DNA of 10,531 bases from Oligoflexia bacterium (lineage in GTDB: Bacteria; Bdellovibrionota; Bdellovibrionia; JABDDW01). The notes under the pieces were generated by a model, which did no database searches, was not told where the DNA came from, and saw only the letters and a program-made list of their open reading frames with translations. Below, one piece after another: positions 6,827-10,531 of this stretch (its first letter is position 1; each line of letters begins with the position of its first letter). A program made the position numbers and the translations under genes. The stretch lies in the NCBI GenBank assembly GCA_043732305.1, contig JAYTHU010000169.1:1-10531 (forward strand), in the 5' to 3' direction.

Positions 6827-7759
6827 ATGAAGAAAAACCCGTTTTTTGTGTTCTTAGCTTTTCTTGGAGTGATCGTTGTTCTTGGGTTTTCTGCCTGCGT
6901 GGGGGCCGTGTATACGGCCTTCTCAGACAAATCTCCCGGCATGACTTCAAATTCCGTGGGTGTGGTTGAGGTGAGGGGAATCATTCTCGATTCCCGCGCC
7001 TTCATCAAGACTTTGCAGAAGTATCAAGAGAGCAAAGATATCAAGGCTGTGGTTGTCAGATTAGATTCTCCGGGTGGAGTGGTTGGGCCGAGTCAGGAAA
7101 TGTATGACGAAGTCCTTCGCACTATCGCTTCAGGTAAGCCTGTTGTGGCCAGCATGGGTAGCCTTGCCGCCAGCGGTGCTTATTATATCGCAGCCGCTTG
7201 TCAGAAGATTGTGACCAATCCGGGAACAATCACTGGAAGTATCGGTGTGATCATGGAATTTGCTGATCTCAGCAAGCTTTATAATTGGGCCAAAGTAGAG
7301 CGCTACGTGATTAAGAGTGGCCAATTTAAAGATATCGGAAGTGAATCTCGTCCAATGACTGCCGCTGAAAAATCAGTGATGCAGGGGATGATCGATAACG
7401 TATTTATGCAATTCAAAAGAGCTGTCGCTTTAGGTAGGCATATGGATATGGCAAAAGTATCAAAACTTGCCGATGGCCGAGTGTACAGTGGTGAACAAGC
7501 CGTAGAAAATGGTTTAGCTGACAAAGTCGGTGGTTTTCAAGATGCCGTCGACATGGCTGCGCAGATGGCAAAGATCAAAGGGAAGCCTGAAATTTTTTAT
7601 CCGTCTACCAAACGTAAAAAAATCTGGGATATGCTCTTGGATCGTAGCGGTGACGACAACGACGACGACATGTATGGTTACGAAAAATTCGCTAAGCGCA
7701 TTTTAGGATTGGACCTTGTTGGACGGCCTCTGTTTTTGATGCCGCTTGCACGTTTCTAA
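6827..7759 (+). CDS. sppA: Signal peptide peptidase SppA, single-domain type (peptidase S49)
   Basis: N-terminal membrane anchor; RLDSPGG, SMGSLAASGAYY (catalytic Ser), TGSIGV, KSGQFKD (catalytic Lys), DGRVYSGEQA..GL.D. GAGGA at 6819-6823. Confidence 0.95.
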   Translation: MKKNPFFVFLAFLGVIVVLGFSACVGAVYTAFSDKSPGMTSNSVGVVEVRGIILDSRAFIKTLQKYQESKDIKAVVVRLDSPGGVVGPSQEMYDEVLRTIASGKPVVASMGSLAASGAYYIAAACQKIVTNPGTITGSIGVIMEFADLSKLYNWAKVERYVIKSGQFKDIGSESRPMTAAEKSVMQGMIDNVFMQFKRAVALGRHMDMAKVSKLADGRVYSGEQAVENGLADKVGGFQDAVDMAAQMAKIKGKPEIFYPSTKRKKIWDMLLDRSGDDNDDDMYGYEKFAKRILGLDLVGRPLFLMPLARF

Positions 7760-8289
7760 TGTCTGGTTTTATTTCTGGCAAACTTCGTGATGTGTTGTTT
7801 ACTCCGTGGCGGGCAAAATACGTCAAGAGGGACCGACCGGAAAGCGAAATGGAATCTCAATGTGTTTTCTGCAGTGCCGTAAAAGCTGGGCCAAGCCCTG
7901 AATCTTTAGTTTTATTCAAAGGCAAATTCAATTCAGTTATTTTAAATAAATTTCCTTACAACAATGGTCACGCCATGATTATTCCCAATGATCATTTGCA
8001 AGAGCTCACTCAGCTGCCGGAACCAGCATTTTTAGAGATCCATGAGCTTCTGCGAACGACCTACATAATACTTAAAGCAGTATATGCCCCAGGTGGCCTA
8101 AATATCGGAATGAACGTAGGAAAAACGGGTGGGGCTGGTATCGCCGAACACCTCCATTATCATCTTGTTCCGAGGTGGGACGGGGATTCTAATTTCATGC
8201 CGATAATCGCTGGAACAAAAGTGGTCAGTGAGAGCCTGAGTGAAACTTACTCAAAACTTGAGCCGCATTTCAAAAAGGTTTCGTCATGA
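7759..8289 (+). CDS. HIT-family nucleotide hydrolase (Ap4A hydrolase/phosphorylase-like)
   Basis: PWR..YV, CVFC, LNKFPYNNGH, NIGMNVG..GGAGI, histidine triad HLHYHLVPRW.GD.NFM. TAATG overlap with sppA. Confidence 0.93.
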   Translation: MSGFISGKLRDVLFTPWRAKYVKRDRPESEMESQCVFCSAVKAGPSPESLVLFKGKFNSVILNKFPYNNGHAMIIPNDHLQELTQLPEPAFLEIHELLRTTYIILKAVYAPGGLNIGMNVGKTGGAGIAEHLHYHLVPRWDGDSNFMPIIAGTKVVSESLSETYSKLEPHFKKVSS

Positions 8290-8750
8290 GTTCTTCAATT
8301 AAATCCTCTGGTGAATCCTTTGGAAATTTCCCTGATATCAAAATTGATCACATTGGAATTGCTGTAGATAGCTTAGACAAAGCTTACCCTTTTTGGAAAG
8401 CTCTCGGTTGGATGGAAGATCAGTCCCCCGAAATGGTGGCCGATCAAAAAGTCAAAGTGGCCATGCTTCCGCTTCAGAACGAAGCGCAAGTCGAATTGTT
8501 AGAACCAACTTCTGAAGACAGTTCTGTCGCAAAATTTATGGCTAAACGAGGTCCCGGTATTCATCACATTTGTTTTCGAGTTCCTGACATTGAAGCCATG
8601 CTAAATCAGTTAAAAAAAGCCGGAGTGAGATTGATCAATGAAACCCCCGTGAACGGCGCACACAACTGTCGCGTGGCTTTTGTGCATCCTGCTTCAACTG
8701 GTGGAGTTTTGGTCGAACTCAGTCAGCCGGGAAATTCGGTGGCTAAATGA
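8286..8750 (+). CDS. mce: Methylmalonyl-CoA epimerase (VOC superfamily)
   Basis: IDHIGIAV, VELLEP, KRGPGIHHICF.V.DIE, AFVHP.STGGVLVEL with His/Glu metal ligands present. ATGA overlap with the HIT gene. Confidence 0.9.
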   Translation: MSSSIKSSGESFGNFPDIKIDHIGIAVDSLDKAYPFWKALGWMEDQSPEMVADQKVKVAMLPLQNEAQVELLEPTSEDSSVAKFMAKRGPGIHHICFRVPDIEAMLNQLKKAGVRLINETPVNGAHNCRVAFVHPASTGGVLVELSQPGNSVAK

Positions 8751-9550
8751 GTCCTCGAGATTTCGGTGGTGGCGGTGGAGCCAGCGGTATGCAAGGACAA
8801 CTGCAAATTGCGCCTCTCACTAAGGTTGTCAAAATACTATTAATTGTGACTGTGGGCGTTTGGTTTTTTGGTAATATTGTAATTGAACACTTCATGACCG
8901 ATCCAAAAATCACACTTTGGCTTGGACTCACTCCATATTCTGTTATTAAAGATTTTTATCTCTGGCAGCCCGTCACTTATTTATTCATGCATGACGCAAA
9001 TCCGCTGCACATCGTTTTCAATATGCTACTCCTTTGGTGGCTTGGTGGCGAACTTGAGCAGCTTTGGGGAAGTAAGTTTTTTGCTATTTACTATTTTGTT
9101 TGTGGCATTGGAGCCGCTTTTCTTTATTGTTTCGCGGCTTTAATTCTTTCGATTTGGACGTCAAAAGTAACATTCCTCGTGACACCAGTGATTGGTGCGT
9201 CGGCGGCTATTTTTGGTCTGATGGTGGCTTATGGAATATTTTTCGGAGAGCGACCTGTCTACTTCATGTTTTTCTTTCGAATGAAAGCTCGATACTTTGT
9301 TCTCATACTGGTGGGCATAGAGATCGTCATGACCCTGAACAATTCCTCTGGTTCTGGCAGCGTTGCTAACCTGGCTCATCTGGGCGGAATTATCATGGGA
9401 TATTTATTCCTGAAGCTATGGCCTTACATCGGCGGTGGCAAAGGGCGTGGAGACTCGGGCGGAACGAAAAAAAAGAGATCGAAAAATCTAAGACTTGTGG
9501 TAAACAATACGGACTTCAACGCAGAAATTAAGCCCAAGTATTGGCAATAA
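8747..9550 (+). CDS. Rhomboid-family intramembrane serine protease
   Basis: Multiple hydrophobic helices; WQPVTYLFMH, HIVFNM, GGELE..WG, IGASAAIFG (catalytic Ser), AHLGG (catalytic His). ATGA overlap with mce. Confidence 0.93.
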   Translation: MSPRDFGGGGGASGMQGQLQIAPLTKVVKILLIVTVGVWFFGNIVIEHFMTDPKITLWLGLTPYSVIKDFYLWQPVTYLFMHDANPLHIVFNMLLLWWLGGELEQLWGSKFFAIYYFVCGIGAAFLYCFAALILSIWTSKVTFLVTPVIGASAAIFGLMVAYGIFFGERPVYFMFFFRMKARYFVLILVGIEIVMTLNNSSGSGSVANLAHLGGIIMGYLFLKLWPYIGGGKGRGDSGGTKKKRSKNLRLVVNNTDFNAEIKPKYWQ

Positions 9551-9560
9551 AGGAGTTCTC

Positions 9561-9881
9561 ATGCAGAAATTAAAAGCAGTCAATTTGGATTATGATACTC
9601 GGATGACCGAATGGAATCTCAAACATGAGGTGATTAGCCAAGCTGATTTGAACGTGTATCTCAAAGGTTTGTCTGACGACGCTTCAAACTCTACTCCTTT
9701 GACAATCGATGAAGAAGTGGCAGCCTCTACTGCAACTATTTCTAATGATGATGTTAGTGATGATAGTGCTTCAGACGAAACAGAATCAGAAGACATGGAA
9801 TCAGAAGACGAAGAAGCTGATGAAGACACGGATGATGAAGATGCAGAAGCTGATGATACAGACGCAGAGCTTGAGAGCTAA
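9561..9881 (+). CDS. Small hypothetical protein with a highly acidic C-terminal tail
   Basis: Strong RBS AGGAG (9551-9555) 5 nt before ATG; fills the rhomboid-ssb gap. About 45-aa amphipathic N-terminal part followed by a D/E-rich tail. Confidence 0.85.
   Translation: MQKLKAVNLDYDTRMTEWNLKHEVISQADLNVYLKGLSDDASNSTPLTIDEEVAASTATISNDDVSDDSASDETESEDMESEDEEADEDTDDEDAEADDTDAELES
9783..9856 (+). repeat. Short in-frame direct repeats in the acidic-tail coding region
   Basis: GAATCAGAAGAC at 9783-9794 and 9798-9809 (period 15); AGAAGCTGATGA at 9812-9823 and 9845-9856 (period 33). Confidence 0.7.
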
Positions 9882-9933
9882 TTACTCTCATTATTTATTT
9901 AACTTTTAATTTTGATTTTATGAGGAGGGGTGC

Positions 9934-10416
9934 ATGTCGGGAGTAAATAAAGTTATTTTAGTTGGTAGACTTGGTGGGGACCCAGAACTCAAATTCACAC
10001 CTGGTGGTCAAGCCGTTGCTCGTTTAAGCATTGCTACCAGCGAAGCTTGGACTGACAAACAAGGACAAAAGCAAGAACGTACCGAGTGGCACCGAGTTGT
10101 CGTTTGGGGCAAGATGGCTGAAGTCTGCGGACAACATCTTTCTAAAGGTCGACAAGTTTATGTTGAAGGTCGTTTGCAGACCCGCAGCTGGGATGACAAA
10201 GCCACAAATCAGAAAAAATATTCTACCGAAATCGTTGCAAACACTGTTCAGTTCTTAGGTGCCGCTGGCGCCGAAGGCGGAGCACCTCGATCTAACGCTG
10301 GGGCCTCTTCCGGAGCTTCAGGTGGCGGAGCCGGTGCATACAATCAATCGCCTACTGGCGGTGGAGATTTTGCTCCTGAACCCGCATTTGATTCCGACGA
10401 AGAAATTCCGTTTTAA
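9934..10416 (+). CDS. ssb: Single-stranded DNA-binding protein
   Basis: [40 protein letters not shown], Gly-rich linker, acidic tip DEEIPF. RBS GAGGAGG from 9922. Confidence 0.98.
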   Translation: MSGVNKVILVGRLGGDPELKFTPGGQAVARLSIATSEAWTDKQGQKQERTEWHRVVVWGKMAEVCGQHLSKGRQVYVEGRLQTRSWDDKATNQKKYSTEIVANTVQFLGAAGAEGGAPRSNAGASSGASGGGAGAYNQSPTGGGDFAPEPAFDSDEEIPF

Positions 10417-10445
10417 AGAAATCAAGCAAATTTAGATTTTTGAAG

Positions 10446-10474
10446 AAGCCGCGAGAAATCTTGGCTTTTTTATT
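10446..10474 (+). terminator. Putative intrinsic terminator after ssb
   Basis: AAGCC (10446-10450) pairs with GGCTT (10463-10467) around an imperfect inner stem GAG/CTT, followed by a T-run; about 30 nt after the ssb stop. Confidence 0.6.
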
Positions 10475-10501
10475 GGGAATTTTTTGATGGAAAATCGAGT
10501 T

Positions 10502-10531
10502 TTACTGTACCACGGATGCCGGTGGCGCTCT
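10502..10531 (-). CDS. Possible 3' end of a convergent gene entering from the right edge
   Basis: Minus frame reads ...RAPPASVVQ-TAA (stop at 10504-10502), and GC content rises abruptly there relative to the AT-rich spacer. Only 10 codons are visible. Confidence 0.25.
   Translation of the reverse strand, partial: RAPPASVVQ

Noticed and set aside
2700..7524. Short overlapping ORFs within hisC, cmk, the lipoprotein, rpsA and sppA
   Set aside because: Nested in or antisense to well-supported genes; expected by-products of codon bias.
9188..9220. Rhomboid GASA instead of GASG as a sign of inactivity
   Set aside because: The catalytic Ser, the AHLGG His and the HxxxN motif are all present; GxSA is an accepted variant.
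9590..9909. Ser-rich minus ORF 9590-9829 and Met/Lys-rich ORF 9709-9909
   Set aside because: Antisense and off-frame readings of the GAT/GAA-rich acidic tail; only 9561-9881 has an RBS.
1..10531. CRISPR array, tRNA/rRNA, IS element, prophage or defence genes
   Set aside because: No spaced repeats, cloverleaf, terminal inverted repeats or transposase/integrase motifs seen; intergenic gaps are all short.

Overview
Core-genome bacterial window with no mobile element, CRISPR array or RNA gene visible. Gene order and protein idiosyncrasies suggest Bdellovibrionota or a related former-Deltaproteobacteria lineage (inference). Minus strand (left): a two-gene unit of a hydantoinase A/oxoprolinase-like gene (1028-2251) and a hydantoinase B/oxoprolinase-like gene (<1-1024, missing from the ORF track because it runs off the edge). 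Both are intact ORFs but appear to have lost the family's ATP-binding and metal-binding residues. Plus strand: hisC-cmk, an orphan lipoprotein with an internal Cys-containing duplication, rpsA, overlapping sppA-HIT-mce-rhomboid, a small protein with a very acidic tail, ssb and a likely terminator. The best candidate for an undescribed system is the hydantoinase/oxoprolinase pseudoenzyme pair, followed by the acidic-tail protein and the lipoprotein.
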